Positions 1-12,910 of a stretch of DNA of 64,000 bases are shown one piece after another. Origin of the DNA: Podarcis vaucheri. Its lineage: Eukaryota. The number at the start of each line of letters is the position of its first letter. Within the stretch, counting starts at the first letter, position 1. The notes under the pieces are model-generated. The model made no database searches and was not told the DNA's origin. It saw only the letters and a list, made by a program, of their open reading frames with translations. Where the stretch lies: assembly GCA_965113315.1 (NCBI GenBank), contig OZ220377.1; one strand, 5' to 3'. The position numbers and the translations under genes are program-made.

Positions 1-984
1 TCCTGCTTGTTATCGAAGATACAGATAGGTATAAGGCTACAACGCTGGAACAGTTTTATTGATCTAGTAAGGGGAGAATTTCAACTCGTTTTACATTTGA
101 AGCTAGTTCTATCAAATTTGCACTTTTTGAAATGATATGAACTGGAACACAGACATCCTTTGAAATTTGCACTCATCTGAATTTTGTAATGCTGTTTTCC
201 AGCCAAATAATACACAAAAAAATGCATATATTAGGGCAAAGAGTGCATAAAAGTGAATGTATTATATCAGTGGAAGCAACACCAACAAAATTATTAAGAG
301 AAATTGCTTGCAAAATGTGTACATTAGTCAAAACTGCTTCCAAAAACTGGAGAAAGCAATGGAAAACACTGAAGATTTTTCATGAAGTTTAACAAATAAA
401 TAAAGAGCAAATTACTGCAGGAATGTAGAGAGCTGAATTTTAAATTGTAAAACGAGAACCCAAAAGAACTGGAATTGACAGATCATCCTCCACCCCACTG
501 CTTGGAATTCAGATTCTTTTAAAAAGATTGATAGCCTGAGTTATTTAATCCTTCTTCTACCACAGCGGCATGAAAACTATTTTGGGGCAGGATCCTACAT
601 ACATCTAAGACTTTTCTCTACTTAACTTTCCGTTGTGAATTAGTTCTAAGCGAAATGCCATGCCACAAACTCCTTCTCCATCCAACAATATTTATTAGAA
701 ATGCAACACAATGTTATCGTTGGAAAAAGGAACAGCATCAGACGCACGGCTAGACTGCCATAGGTCAGAATCCTGTGGACGCTTGCCTAGGAGCAAATCC
801 CTTAAATCTCAAGGGATCTTACATAGAAATGCAGAGGATTAGGATACCAGTGTACTGTTAGAAACACGAGTTCAAGGATCCAGATACTCTTGTTATCTTT
901 TCTAACCACTTAAGAACTTTTCTGCTCCCCAGTAATATCCTGAGCCTGCTAAACAAAAGGTTTAGGCACATAGCTATCTATATC

Positions 985-1122
985 AGGGGTGGGGGACCTT
1001 AGGCCATCCAGATATTGTTGGAGTCCAACTCCCATCAGCCCCAGCCATCATGGCTAATGGTCAAGGGTGGTGGGACTTGGGGTCCACAACGCATGCAGGG
1101 CCAGACATTCTGCATCCCTGAT
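985..1122. mobile_element. Degenerate lizard hAT-type MITE (ggactacaactcccatc family)
   Basis: Same palindromic core as the intact copies at 14773 and 54647; other decayed copies at ~1295-1425, ~10500-10645, ~16395-16460, ~22620-22750, ~45900-46045, ~56845-56950. Confidence 0.65.
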
Positions 1123-2686
1123 CTAAATCAGGGATCTAAACAGACTCAGGGTTGCACTTGTCCGTCAGGCTCAGTTTTTCCACTTTTAGAATGGGCACAT
1201 TACAGGACCGTTGGGAAGATGAAATAGGCTAAACATAATGCATCTTGCACAAGAAACACGCCCTAAAAATGACAAAGCCTTTAAGGTAGCTGGGCAGGTG
1301 TAGGGAACCTTTGGCCCTCCAGGTGCCACTGAACTGCAGCTCCTATTATCGCTGGCCACTGTCCATGGGCTTATGGGAATTGCAGTTCAGCAACATTTGG
1401 ATGGCCAAATGTTTTCCCCACCTGTGATAGAGAGAGAGGAGGGGATCACAGTCACTTCCAGATCAGCTATTTAAGGAACATTAATCTTTCTTTGTTTGCA
1501 GGGATGTTAGATGATGGCATGTTGCACAACCATCATGCCACACTTTCCAGCACATTTCCCCTTCACTTTCCTTACAGAAAAACTATATAGATTTAATTCA
1601 TTGTTTTGTAAGCACAAGGATACCAAATCCACTTAGATTGAGAAAGATGGATTTGCTGGTATGTGATTGAATCTCATACACAAATAGCGATACTCTGGAG
1701 GCACCCTGTCTTTGACATCCGGGGAAGCAGATTCTACTTGCCGTGTTTCACCCTCCTGCCCTGGGAGCTTTCGTAAGGGAGCAGCTGAACTGAGGAGGAG
1801 GGGTGGCCTTTTGAGTCTGGGGATAAAAGCAAGAGAAGGTACTGTTGCCATCAGTTTGGGGGCTACTTTAGGGTGTTCCTAATTGACCTATTGGTAAGCT
1901 TGATGGTCGTTTACACTGATGTTTTTTTAAATAAATTGTTCTTTGTTGACCTCTTAGTGTTATGGTGCAGCGATAGGTAAGATTTTTATTATGCACGTCG
2001 GTTACTGACCTATTGCGTTTTTTACTTTCTGCAAACTGCTCTGGGCTTGCAAGTGTGCCTATGCAAAACATTTAAACTGACTTTAGCTGCAAAACCCAGA
2101 AATGGAGGCTCTCAAAATCAGGTTAATTCCCCTTGGAACATTGGCCTGTACACTTTTAAGCTTCAGCAAAATTAGCAAACGGGTGAAGGAGAAAGGTAAA
2201 CGAGTCTCGGGGAGATAAGAGATCTGGAGTCTGAACTTTACATTTTAAAGGTGGCTCTCTTCGTTTACTCCAGTGGAGCCCTCCATTGGTAGGGTTGCAA
2301 GGTTGCACTCCAGCGAATGTGTGTGGCTTTAAATTCCCCCAAGGAAGAAAAAGAAGCAACAAACAGCTTCACCCACCTGTTTCCTTTGTGGTCCCATAAT
2401 CTACCCTCTTTCCCGCCTGCAAGATCCCCTTGGGGATCTTGCCTGCTGCCGCAAATGAAGAAGGGGTGCTTGCTGGGCAGCAACACCAGGGGAGCAGCAA
2501 ATCGCAGAAGATAATTGCACCAGTGAATTTCTGCTCCATGTGCGATTTCTGGGTTGTGACTTTGCAATCATCAGCATGGGGAACCATCACATAGGTACTA
2601 TGCTCTGCAGGGCAGCCAAACCTATGCAGGATTCGCATCCACCCAAGGAGATTCCCCCAAACTAGAAGACAAATGTAAAACATTAC

Positions 2687-2731
2687 CTTCCCCTTCTTGG
2701 AGCTGTCCATCCTAGTTCTGTGATCCAGCAT
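2687..2731 (-). CDS. GCK: Glucokinase, coding part of the upstream (neuroendocrine/beta-cell) exon 1: MLDHRTRMDSSKKGK; the rest of the gene lies off the left edge
   Basis: 45-nt ATG-to-donor segment (AAG|gtaatg, phase 0) resembling human GCK exon 1-beta MLDDRARMEAAKKEK; head-to-head with YKT6 as in the human GCK-YKT6-CAMK2B block. Confidence 0.9.
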
Positions 2732-3329
2732 TGGGGCAGCTGTCAGCACCAGCTGCTCTCCGACCAGTCCCCAACAAAGTCCAAAGTTGCCCAATGCCCA
2801 GTTTGCCTTCCCTCCTCCTTTCTTGCTGGGACAACTTAGCAGAGAGGGCAGTTCTTCCTGTTGAGAATATTCCACTTTCTTAGCTTGTTTATTTCATGTA
2901 TAAGGTTGCTTCCTCTCCTTTTGAAGTTGCTCGGCACGTGACAAAACTTCCTCTTCCGCTTTACCTTTGGTGTCTGGATTTCTCCCTGCCCGAAATGGGG
3001 TGTTCCTGGCCTTGGACTTGTTTTATGCTTCACTTGGTAGTATATCGAGAAGGAACATCCATCCTGTGCGGATCCGTTTTGCCAACCTGCATCTTGTCAA
3101 AGGCAAAGCAATGAGGCCTGTTCCAGTAACGAGAGTTTTCCCTTCCGCCCAGGTAACAGCGCATGGGAGTGTTGCGCAGATCCCGTTGCCTCTCGCCGAC
3201 TTCCTCTCAATTCAGCTCCTCTTCTGCACTCAACATCCAGTTTATTTACTTTTTCAGCCGGTGGCGTTCTCCCTTTTTCTTTTTTCCCAGCGTCCACACA
3301 GGCTGCTTCCTGGGGTCTCAAGGCTAGCC

Positions 3330-3780
3330 CTGCATTGCCATGGTGACTGGTGGTGAAAATCCTGTTGCACTACCACCTCACCAGATCCCCTCCTGCCCAT
3401 GCCATTAAAGCTGTCATGCGGAATACTGCTACCATGGGAATAGGGCTTAATTCGAATGGGCATAACAGCCACATTATCACTTCGCAGCTGCTACAGCAAC
3501 CACTCCACTGCAGGGCTTAGCAACCTGTTCTGCTCCCATAGTGATGGTGGTTCACAGCAACCCATTTCCAAGGAATGAAAGGCTGGTTTTTTAAAAAGAA
3601 AAAGAAAAAGGGAGAAGTGGGGGGGGGGGTTTAGGTGCTTCCATATCCAGCCTGGAGAAACCAATGAGAAATGGGAGTGTCAGAGGATAGAGTGTCTCCT
3701 TCTCCCAAGGTGAAACTGTTTTCCGCATCCCCACCATCACTTTGATTCTGAATATTTACCATGGCAGTGAACAACCTGAG
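3330..3780 (-). promoter_or_regulatory. GCK: GCK upstream promoter with Pal1/Pal2-like RFX X-boxes and TAAT elements
   Basis: attgccatggtgac (3334-3347), gctaccatgggaat (3428-3441), further AGCAAC half-sites near 3490-3560, tttaccatggcagt near 3756, ccattaa near 3402; ~600 nt upstream of the exon-1 ATG. Confidence 0.65.
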
Positions 3781-4158
3781 CAAGGGATTCATTGCTGTCA
3801 TGCTGGTACTTGTTAGTAGGCATCGAAACAGACTGGTTGTGCTTTAGTTTTAAGAGAGAAGGATTTCCTTGCTGAATATCTCATCCTCATTGGCCCACCT
3901 GGCCTAGAGAAGTAAGGAATAGGGGTGCTCCCCACCTGGGTTTCTAGAGAAAGATGCTGTGGTTCAATCACAGGAACTCCTACAAGCCTGCACTCAAAGG
4001 TCTGTCTTCTAATGTCAGATCAATATGTAAAATTTCATATTGAGGACCTAGGGTCACCTACACAAAAAAAGATGCTCTTTCACTGAGCTGCAGCCTCTTC
4101 CCCACCGAGTAAATGTCTTGCCCCACACTTATTGTAGGGGTTTACATTGTAAGGTTGC

Positions 4159-4581
4159 TTTCAACTACAGCGGCAAGAATGTTACTTGCCCAAAAATGGA
4201 AAGAAGAAGTAGTCCCAGCAAAATAAGAATGGATACAAAAACTTATGGAACAGGCAGAAATGGTGAAACTTATCGGAAGAATAAGAAATCAAGATAACAA
4301 ACTTTTTACAAAAGAATGGAAATAGTTTATTGAATATTTACAAATAAACTGTAAACAGATAAAAACATTAGGAGGGTTATTGTAATAACCTGCAATTTTA
4401 TAAGAGTATATATGAATAAATGAGCAAATTAAGTTAATTTGGATATGCAGAAAATGTTAAAAATAAATTTAAGGACCCGGAGAAAGAGGGGGAAGGAAGT
4501 CAAGTTTTGAGATGTTAAAATGATTGTCAGATTATTGAAATGTATAAAATTGAAAATCATAAATGAAATAATAATAATAAA
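4159..4581 (+). mobile_element. 5'-truncated L1-type LINE 3' end
   Basis: Encodes TTAARMLLAQKWKEEVVPAK*EWIQKLMEQAEMVKL (L1 ORF2 C-terminal-like); A-rich (aat)n tail; 16-bp TSD tacatt(g/t)taaggttgc at 4143-4158 and 4582-4597. Confidence 0.8.
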
Positions 4582-6099
4582 TACATTTTAAGGTTGCCAC
4601 CTTTGTTGTGGCAAAATAATGACCAGGGTGAGACAGGGATTTTTTAATTTATTTATCTGGTGGTGAAGTGACTTCAAAGCACAATCTATTGCAGCCTAAC
4701 GGGACGGCCCCTCTGGAATTTGTCGCACACACATACAAATGAATGTGTGAATCTGTTTGTGCTTTGCTAGCAGAGCTTAAATACATAACCTTTCACAGAC
4801 CTTTTCAAACACATGCATTCCCTAACTTGGCAGAGAGGCGGAAATACAGAACAAACTGTATCAATACAAGATGTAACATTTCACATTGAAACAGGGGACA
4901 ACCCTGTATTATCCAGGATGAATGGCATCCTTGAACTTTAGGAAGTGAAATGGAGAAATGATCCTGAGTGGTCCTCCTCAAAGCATTTCAGAAGGTGGGC
5001 GGCTGAAATTCTCAGCCCAGGCGGGAGAAAGCTAAGTCCGAATGGAAACAATGGAACATTATAGACATGCGTAGGAAATCATAGGCGAGGGATGGAAAGA
5101 GGGCCGTCCGCCTTCCACTGCCACGTCATGCTAAGGAAATCTCCTTGCTAGAAGGAGCATCAGCTGAGCTCTGCCTCGGGAAGAGGATGCCGCTGATTGG
5201 CTGCAGGGTGTGGGCAAATCTCTTCAGCTGGGTGGGGCAAACTCCTTGACAAGTCGATAAAAAACCCAGCTTGCCTTATAATTCTGGTTGTGGTTAGAAT
5301 CTTTCCTAGGAGAGGCAAAGGTGGAATGGAAGAGTAAATGAAAGAGTTGCAACAGGCTACTTTTCCTTGAAGCAAGTTGAATTCACCATGCTGCCTAGCC
5401 CCAGAGTTTTTATAAAAGCATTTTAAATTGTGTTCTCGCTGCATGTGCTTAGTCCCTCATCACAGCCATGGAATGTTGCTCTAGGGTTCTCAAATGGAAA
5501 AGGGGAAAAAGGTATTTTGGTCCAGAAGGAGTGGCATCAATGGAAATCGCCTAGGTCCACGCAGCTGCCGCTATGAACCTCCTGAGCCAGACCAATTCCA
5601 GCAGTCAGCATCTGCCAAAGAATTCTGGGAACTGTAGTTTTTTAAGGGTGCTTGTTAGGAGGCCCCTGTTCTCTTCACAGAGCCACGTTTCTCAGAGCTC
5701 CCTAGGACGAGAGATTGATTGCTAAACCACTATTAAATGCAGCTCAGTCGCAAGTCCACAGTTTAATAGCTTTTAAAAAAAACATTTAAAAAAATTCCTG
5801 CATTTTAGTGTTTGTATGCGTTTACATTTAGAGAACACAGACAATATTTCTAGACTCACCTATCTGGAACAAGCCTTATGGAATCCAGCAACGCTTACTT
5901 TTGAGTAGGCATATATGGGAGTGCACGGAACAGATTCAACACAAACAGCTAGTGGACGACGTTTAAAAGTCACAACCTCGTTTTTGAAAAATCCTATGTC
6001 GTTTTCTTCCTACGTGTTTTGTTAAGTGGAGCACTGCAACAACGAAATAATAAAAAGTACACTGCTATGCCCTAACTCCACACAGGTAGAAAATCAACA

Positions 6100-7300
6100 C
6101 GAAAATATTATCTCGGCACTACATTTCTACCAGCTGAATTTCTGCGTGCACAGCTTCCTTAAAAGCGAAAATGCCTCTGTCGTTGTCAAGCTTCTGTTGT
6201 ATCATTGTGGGGTGAATGCGGCTGTGAAGTGGGCATGGTTATTTAAAAACGCCGATTTCCTTTTATTTTTTTTAAAATTGCACCAGTTCCTATATATTTA
6301 CCACCGATCTTGCCCCGCACATGGAGGATTTTGCCTGATTGCGAAAGCGAACCGGAAGCCTCACCAGTTGAACCATTGCGACTGCAGCCCCTTGAGTCAA
6401 AGCGAGTTCTGACGCACGCGCAGTACGGCCAATGCGCTCCCGCGACGCTCCCCACAAAACTTATAACGGGTAGATTCGCATTGGGTCTACCAGCTTCCGA
6501 GTTCACTCTAGAGACCATCTTTCCCAGAGAGGAGGACAGTTCCCCAAAAGCTACCAGGAAGTGCGTTGGAAACTGTCTCTCCGCCTCGTTGACTTAACTT
6601 TCCGACGATTAAACAGAAAGGGAAAGGGGGAAGCCCCCCCGCCCCCCAAAAAACCCCCAACCCAACCCTGTCTCCATGTCAACAGACTGGGGCCACTCTT
6701 GAGATATTCCTACCTCTATGGCGACTCGCCGGCACTTCCGGCTTCCTCCGGGCTCCACATCCGGGTCGTCCAAAGCTTCCGCTTCGTTCATTCGCCTCCG
6801 AGCCGCTCGGGGAGCCTTGGGAGGCGAGACGTGACGTGACGTGGGAGGGGGCGCCGCCCGGAGCAGAATCGGAGCTCCCCGCGCCGTGTGGTGAGCGAGG
6901 CGCGCGCTTGGCCGTTTACCTGTCGACGTCGTCGGCTGAGGGAGGGAGAGAGGGAGGCGGGTGGCCGGCGGGGGACTTCGCAGGGCCCAGGCGGGGGGCG
7001 AGAGGGCCCTCCCGCCCATCGCTGCCCCTCGCCCGGCCGTGTGCTCGGCGCTGTACGAGAAGCTGAGGCGACAGGCCTAGCGCTGGGCTCTCCCTCCCTC
7101 CCTCAGGGGCGCAGCGAGGCGCTTTATCCTGCCTCACGGGTGACGCCCCTCCGGTTTACCCCGCTTGCTCCCCCAGAGGCTCTTAAAGGGCGGAGAAAGG
7201 GCCTTTCTCGTCACCTGAGGCCTTCGGTTAGAGGCAGAACCGGGGGTGGGGGTGGGAGGCCTCTGCAGCGCATGCGCCCTGCCACTAGGCTTTAGTCCAG
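6100..7300 (+). promoter_or_regulatory. YKT6: CpG-island promoter of YKT6
   Basis: High CpG density; ZNF143-like actacatttc (~6119), CCAAT boxes (~6428, ~6478), ETS cttccgg (~6735), tandem TGACGT (6828-6844), NRF1 gcgcatgcgc (7268-7277). Confidence 0.85.
6740..6890 (+). other. YKT6: Probable non-coding exon 1 of YKT6 (5' end approximate)
   Basis: Donor GTG|gtgagc at 6890/6891 inside the CpG island; the ATG exon has its own acceptor at 8507-8508. Confidence 0.6.
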
Positions 7301-8545
7301 TGGTGGGGGCTCTGAGGCTCTCCAGATGTTGCTTGGGGAGGGGTTATTGCTGGTGGGACAGAGAGAGCGGGAGGTAGGCATGGGTTCTCCACCCTTGCTG
7401 TGGCGCCTGTCTCATTTGCCCTTCTAGTCCAGGTATCTTTTCATGCCCAGGAATGATAATAATTATTATTTATTTACATACATACATACATACCCCACCC
7501 ACCTGGCTGCATTTGCCCAACCACTGCCCACTTCTAATCCAAATATGCGTTCATCTCTGACCATATGTTTCCATGGTGGTTGTGTTCTTGTTGCACCTTG
7601 GATCAGACAGCGACCCACTAGTGGGTCCTGACACCCGACCCACCACTTGAATCCCAGGGCTCTAGTCCCTCATTTTCTGCCGGCAGTGACTGTCCAGTGT
7701 CTGTGACCAAATAGTCTTTTCTCTTTCCGTCTTGCTTTCAGAGGAGGGTAGCTGTCCTAAGCATAGAAGTGAGTCCCACTTGGTTCCACGAGTCTTGCAC
7801 TTCAGTAAGATTGCAGCCATACAGCAAAACAGCAAGGAATCTTGGTACCTTGGTACCATTTGAAAATTGATTGCTTTACTATGTTGGGACATCTTTTCTG
7901 GCTGGCGAGCCAGATCATTATCGCCCCACCTCCCGGTAGGCCATATTTGATGGGTGGATCAGTCTTCCCACTTGTCAGTCACCGAGTGTTGTTGTGATGT
8001 CATGGGATGCAGTGCTTTGAAATCCCAATTCTTGGAACTTCAAAGCGCAGTGCAGCACTGTTTGGAAGCGCTTTTGCTTTCAGACAGTCCCAGCACTCCT
8101 GTTTGAGCCTCTGGTTGACTTGCAGCTTATGTTTTCAAATGTTCAGCAACATTTGGTGGTGACAGGTTTCACTTCCCCTGATTGAAACCTTGGTCTTTGA
8201 GCATCTCTGAAATAATGAGTGAGTGCTTGCTGTTTTTCATATGTTTATCCGTGATAAATGTTTTCTCAGACTAGTGATGTAATTGTATAGCATGCCTTCC
8301 TCAGTAAGTGTGTATAGAGTTGCTGTGTGAACTTTCAGTCTTCCTGTGCTCCATTTCCCAGTGTGTAAATGAAGTAGGTTTGGAGCCTATAGAAATCTAG
8401 TCTGGAGCGCATGTTGACATCCATTCCTCATAGTATTGCATCTTACTGCTGCTGTGTTCACTTTATCCTACCTTATTTTTGTGCTTTTCTTTTTCTTCCT
8501 TTGCTCAGGTTGTTGAGAATCAAAGAGGCTTAAGTAAATAAAAGG

Positions 8546-8649
8546 ATGAAGCTTTACAGTTTAAGTGTCCTTTACAAAGGAGATCCCAAAGTGCATTTAC
8601 TGAAAGCTGCCTATGATGTGTCGTCATTTAGCTTTTTCCAGAGATCCAG
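8546..8649 (+). CDS. YKT6: YKT6 coding exon 1 (exon starts 8509): MKLYSLSVLYKGDPKVHLLKAAYDVSSFSFFQRS
   Basis: Recognisable longin-domain N-terminus; 104 coding nt; acceptor ttgctcag, donor gtatgt; in-frame TAA upstream at 8531. Confidence 0.97.
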
Positions 8650-9071
8650 GTATGTTTCCAATGCCTCAGAATGACTACTGGGGTACTTTCCTCTGATGCT
8701 CTTCTCTGTCCTCTTCAAGGACTTGAATTTGTACTGTAGTGTCCTCTTTGGCTTTGTTGAATGGAATTCAGGATAGTGAATTCTAATGAAGCCATTCTGG
8801 TTTGAGAGTTGGCAAAAAATATGTGCATTTTTTGTTATCTCAACAAAGCTTATGATGTCTAAGCACCTATGATCTTATTTAGAAGGATGTTACTTCTCAT
8901 TAAGCATTTTACTATTTGTTAAAAAGGTTTGATACTTGTGACAATCTGAACAGATGTGCTTTGCTCTCAAAATGCTGGCCCTTTCACTTGCAAGTCTAAC
9001 ATAAACAGCTTTGAGTGTGCTCACCTAACCTGTTCAGATGTTCCATTAATGGAGTTTATTGATGTTAAGTG

Positions 9072-9793
9072 TAGGCCTGGGTGATGTATCAATTGCCCAG
9101 GATCAGTATGATGGCTAGATTGCAATGGCATCTTCACCGGACAGTATATCGTGGGTGAAATCACCACTGCTCCTGAGTCCCGTTGGCACCAGTTTGTAGA
9201 AGGACTCATGAGCCGTGGCAATTCCACCCATGATATCCTTCTGAAACCGCCATCGCCTCTGGCCCTCATACTGCATGAGTCAGAGATGGTGTGGTCTTGA
9301 TCAGCTGAGAAGTGGGCAGTTTAAGGAAGCCCACTTTTCAGCTGATCAGACCCCCTACCTCCAGCTTGTGCCAGTGGGGGCGGAGTGGGAGAAAGAGGGA
9401 GCTTGGCTGCCTGAGTGAAGTAGGCGACAGCATCAAGCAGCCCCACTCCATGAGGCACTGGGTTGGCTTTCACCCCTAATCCTTGCAGAATGGTGTTGAG
9501 GCTGCCTGATGCTGCCGCCGGGCCCAGTGCTCAGCTGCAGCATCAGCATCAGGAGGCCCCTCTCCCCAAGGCACTGGGGTGGATTGCACCCTGTGCCTTG
9601 CAAAGCTGGGCAAGGTTGCCTGATGCCTCTGCCAAGCACTGGGAGCAGAGTGAGTCCCTCCACTCCCAGTGCTGGGTGGCAGCAACAAGCAGCCCTGGCT
9701 TGGCCAGGTTTCAGCATCACCATGTATCCCCAGATCGCAATGTTTGGCTGGTGATACATCGCAATTTTGAAAAGCTGACATTGCCCAGCCCTA
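9072..9793. mobile_element. Non-autonomous DNA transposon (hAT-like) remnant
   Basis: Ends taggcctgggtgat... / ...attgcccagcccta form imperfect inverted repeats; related remnant at ~43718-44003. Confidence 0.5.
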
Positions 9794-10376
9794 GTTAAGT
9801 GTATGTACCCGGGTAAATATCATGCCATTAATCTTACAGTGCTTAGAATTCGGCTCTTGAATATTAGAGCCATTTCAGTAAAGTTGTATTTTTAATCAGA
9901 ATTACATGGAACATGAAATGAGAACTGCTGCAGCAACTCAGAATCCATCTTGTCTCTGCTCATGTATTTCTTTGAGCAAGCGTTTAGTCTTGCTACAACA
10001 TGGTTTAGGCAGTAGTTATACATATGGCTCATAGCCAGAGGCTGGGACCAAATTAGTTGACAGTAATGCTTTAGTTGAATGGATACATGTATCTATTGAC
10101 ACTTGCAGTTTTGATGAATTGTAGACTTGGAGGCTGCTTTTGAAAAACTAATAAAACCTTGCACTTTTAGAGTCTGTTTGGAGAACGATTTTAAATAGTA
10201 GTTTTTTCCTGTGGTTATTTTCCTATTAACAGATGTGTTGCAGTAAGTTCATTTGCATTGTAGCTGCTAGTAAAGTTACATTCCTCTATGGGATATATAT
10301 GGCTCTTAAGTAATCCATTTGGTAATCTTGGGGAGCTTTGCTAACTAATATTGAGGCATGCCTCTTTTGTTTTCAG

Positions 10377-10459
10377 TGTTCAGGAATTTATGACCTTCAC
10401 AAGTCAGCTGATAGTAGAGCGTTCAGAACCTGGCACCAGAGCTTCTGTAAAGGAGCAAG
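10377..10459 (+). CDS. YKT6: YKT6 coding exon 2: (S)VQEFMTFTSQLIVERSEPGTRASVKEQ
   Basis: 83 nt, tttcag / gtaaga, frame-consistent. Confidence 0.97.
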
Positions 10460-11049
10460 GTAAGAGTTTACAGAGGTCTGGGTTGTACTAAAACAGCCTT
10501 CCCCTATCTGGTATTCTCCAGATATTTTGGACTACATCTCCCATCATGTTGGGACTTGGTGCCATTTACAACTCGCAGCATGACTGTGCTGGCTGAGAAT
10601 TGTAGTCCAGAACAACTGAAGGACGTCAGGCTTGGGAAGGCTGCACTAAGAGTTAAGGATGCAAATTTGCAAAGATACATAGGTTGGAATTGAGGCATGC
10701 ATCTTTCACGTGATTACTGTTTCTCTAGCAGAAAGAAAACGGTGTGTTGGCTCTGCTGTTCAGGGGAATAAATGTTTTTGCAGTTCTCTTGCTTGAATTC
10801 TTTTTACCCTCAGACTAAGTTGGTTGGGTTTTAAAGCATAGTTTAAATTCATATCCTTATAAGCAATGAGCACCTGCAGAGCTGGCCATTGCCATCTAAG
10901 TTACAGGATGACATGACATGACTTAATCCTGCTTTGGTGAGGCAGTAAAAATGGACAGCAAGAGACATTTCAGGTTTCCATCTGAATGATGTGCATGCCA
11001 AACACACCCCATGGGTGGAGCTACTGTGTACATGGCCACACCTCTACAC

Positions 11050-12910
11050 ATTTTTTAAGCGTTTATTAATTTTCCAATTAAAACATCTAATTAACATATC
11101 AAATCAAATCCAATGAAAATAAAAAACTAAAATAAAAAAGTCCAATTGTCTTCCAAATTGTAATAATTTTTGTTTTGGCTTCCCACGGTCTGAATTCCAA
11201 AGCGCTTTCAACATCATAGTCCTGCCTCTCATCATCATCATCAATGTTTTTCATAATTTCATATCCGATTTTTCCCTCCACGTTTTGACTCTGGTTATGT
11301 GATCCTCATTCATGTCAGAAAACATACTTTTTTTCTATGGGGTGCAGATTTGTCCCTATATTGTACTTTTTCAGCTGTTTTTGTTTTTTTATCACACCGC
11401 TTCATTTAATTGCATCCAAATTCAGAGTTCTGTCCAGCTCTTTGAGAATTGTTATTTTGGCAGCTCCCAAATCGTTAATCATTTTTAATCTTCCATATGT
11501 TCAAGCGTCTGCCTGGAGGGCTCTACCAAAAAAGCTAATTTTTTGTATAGAAAACCACTGCACATTATATTAGTTTGAGTAATCCTGGACATATTAGTAT
11601 TTGCTGTTAAGTATTGTGATTCCCGTGAAGCAAATGGTTGTAGCAGGAACTGATGGGCAGTCCACACTGAATCTCCACCAAGTCATACACTGAATGATGT
11701 TTAGCTGAGGAGCTGCAGAAACCTGTCTGACAACCAAGCTGCCTCTCCTTCGTTTCAGGATTACTCCCAATGGGAGCACAAACTCTGGCCTCTGAGTTGG
11801 CCACAATTTTCCTTCATGTGGTCTGATTTACTCTGTCCATCATAGTCAATAAATGGCTGTATAATCTTTACTGTGTCTTCCACCTCAGTGTGCTGAGATT
11901 CCTTCTGGCTTAGTCTTCTTTTGTACTATTCTTTGAGCTTCCATGTACTTAAGCACTGCTTAAAAAAAATAAAACGAAAGACTGTCAAAGTCCAGAACTT
12001 ATAACACACAAGCCTACTACGTTTTTCAAGCCAGAGCAAACAGCTAGCCCTCCTGGCTGCAGTGAAAGCTTGATGATTAGGTGACAGTACGTGGTGAAAT
12101 CCCAGAAGCTTGGGCAGGTAAAAAGCAAAGGTTGTAGTGAATACATTTTATCAGTCACTTTGTGGGGAGGCATGATGCTGCCTAGTTTCAAATGGTTTTA
12201 TCAAACAGGCCCATTTGAATGCATGATTTAATAGTTGACACTGCTGATGAATTAGAGGAAGACAAATTATCAACATACACCTCAACAATAATCACTGTCA
12301 CTGGAGTAGAAAGGACTTGGATTATATTTATGCAGTTCAGTGTCTCAGTGAGTGGTGTACAATATGGTATCTTCAAGAAAAAAGAAAAATCCAAGCAAAT
12401 TTTGGCTTGCCACAGCAGTTTATTCTAATAAAGATTTGGAGAATATTGAGATATGTGCTGATAGGGTAAAAACATGGGATAGCTGAAATAGTTTATCAAA
12501 AAATCATAGGATATGAGTTATCTAGGGACCCCATACTTGTCCTTTTAGGATATGTGAAAGATATAGTACTCCCACATGACAGAAATATTCCATTTATTGA
12601 TGGCCGCACCATTAACTATAGATGGAGAAAGATTAACATGTGCACCCTGTCCCCCGATGAGTAGTGCATGTGAGTATGGGTATGGCTTTGATGGGCAAGT
12701 AAGACTTTTGTTGTCTCTCCTATCAGTTCACACAGAGTTTTAAAAATTTATTACTGGAACAATAAGGTACAGGATGTTTTGCGAAGATGCTTATTATTAG
12801 GGGCAATTTGATCAACTGCTGTTTTGTATCATCTTTTCTTTTTCTTACTCTCTTTTTGTCCAACCCTATTTAAGGATATTAACTTTTGTTGCATGGTAAT
12901 CATTACAGTA
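11050..12910 (-). mobile_element. Decayed, internally deleted L1/Tx1-type LINE ORF2
   Basis: T-run (minus-strand A tail) at ~11050; minus-strand fragments LGAAKITIL (ORF2 C-terminal-like) and MQQKLISLN...KR (endonuclease start-like) near 12890; many stops. Confidence 0.55.

Noticed and set aside
2732-2875. In-frame extension upstream of the GCK ATG (168-aa ORF)
   Set aside because: Starts at GTG and reads through the splice donor; only 2687-2731 resembles GCK
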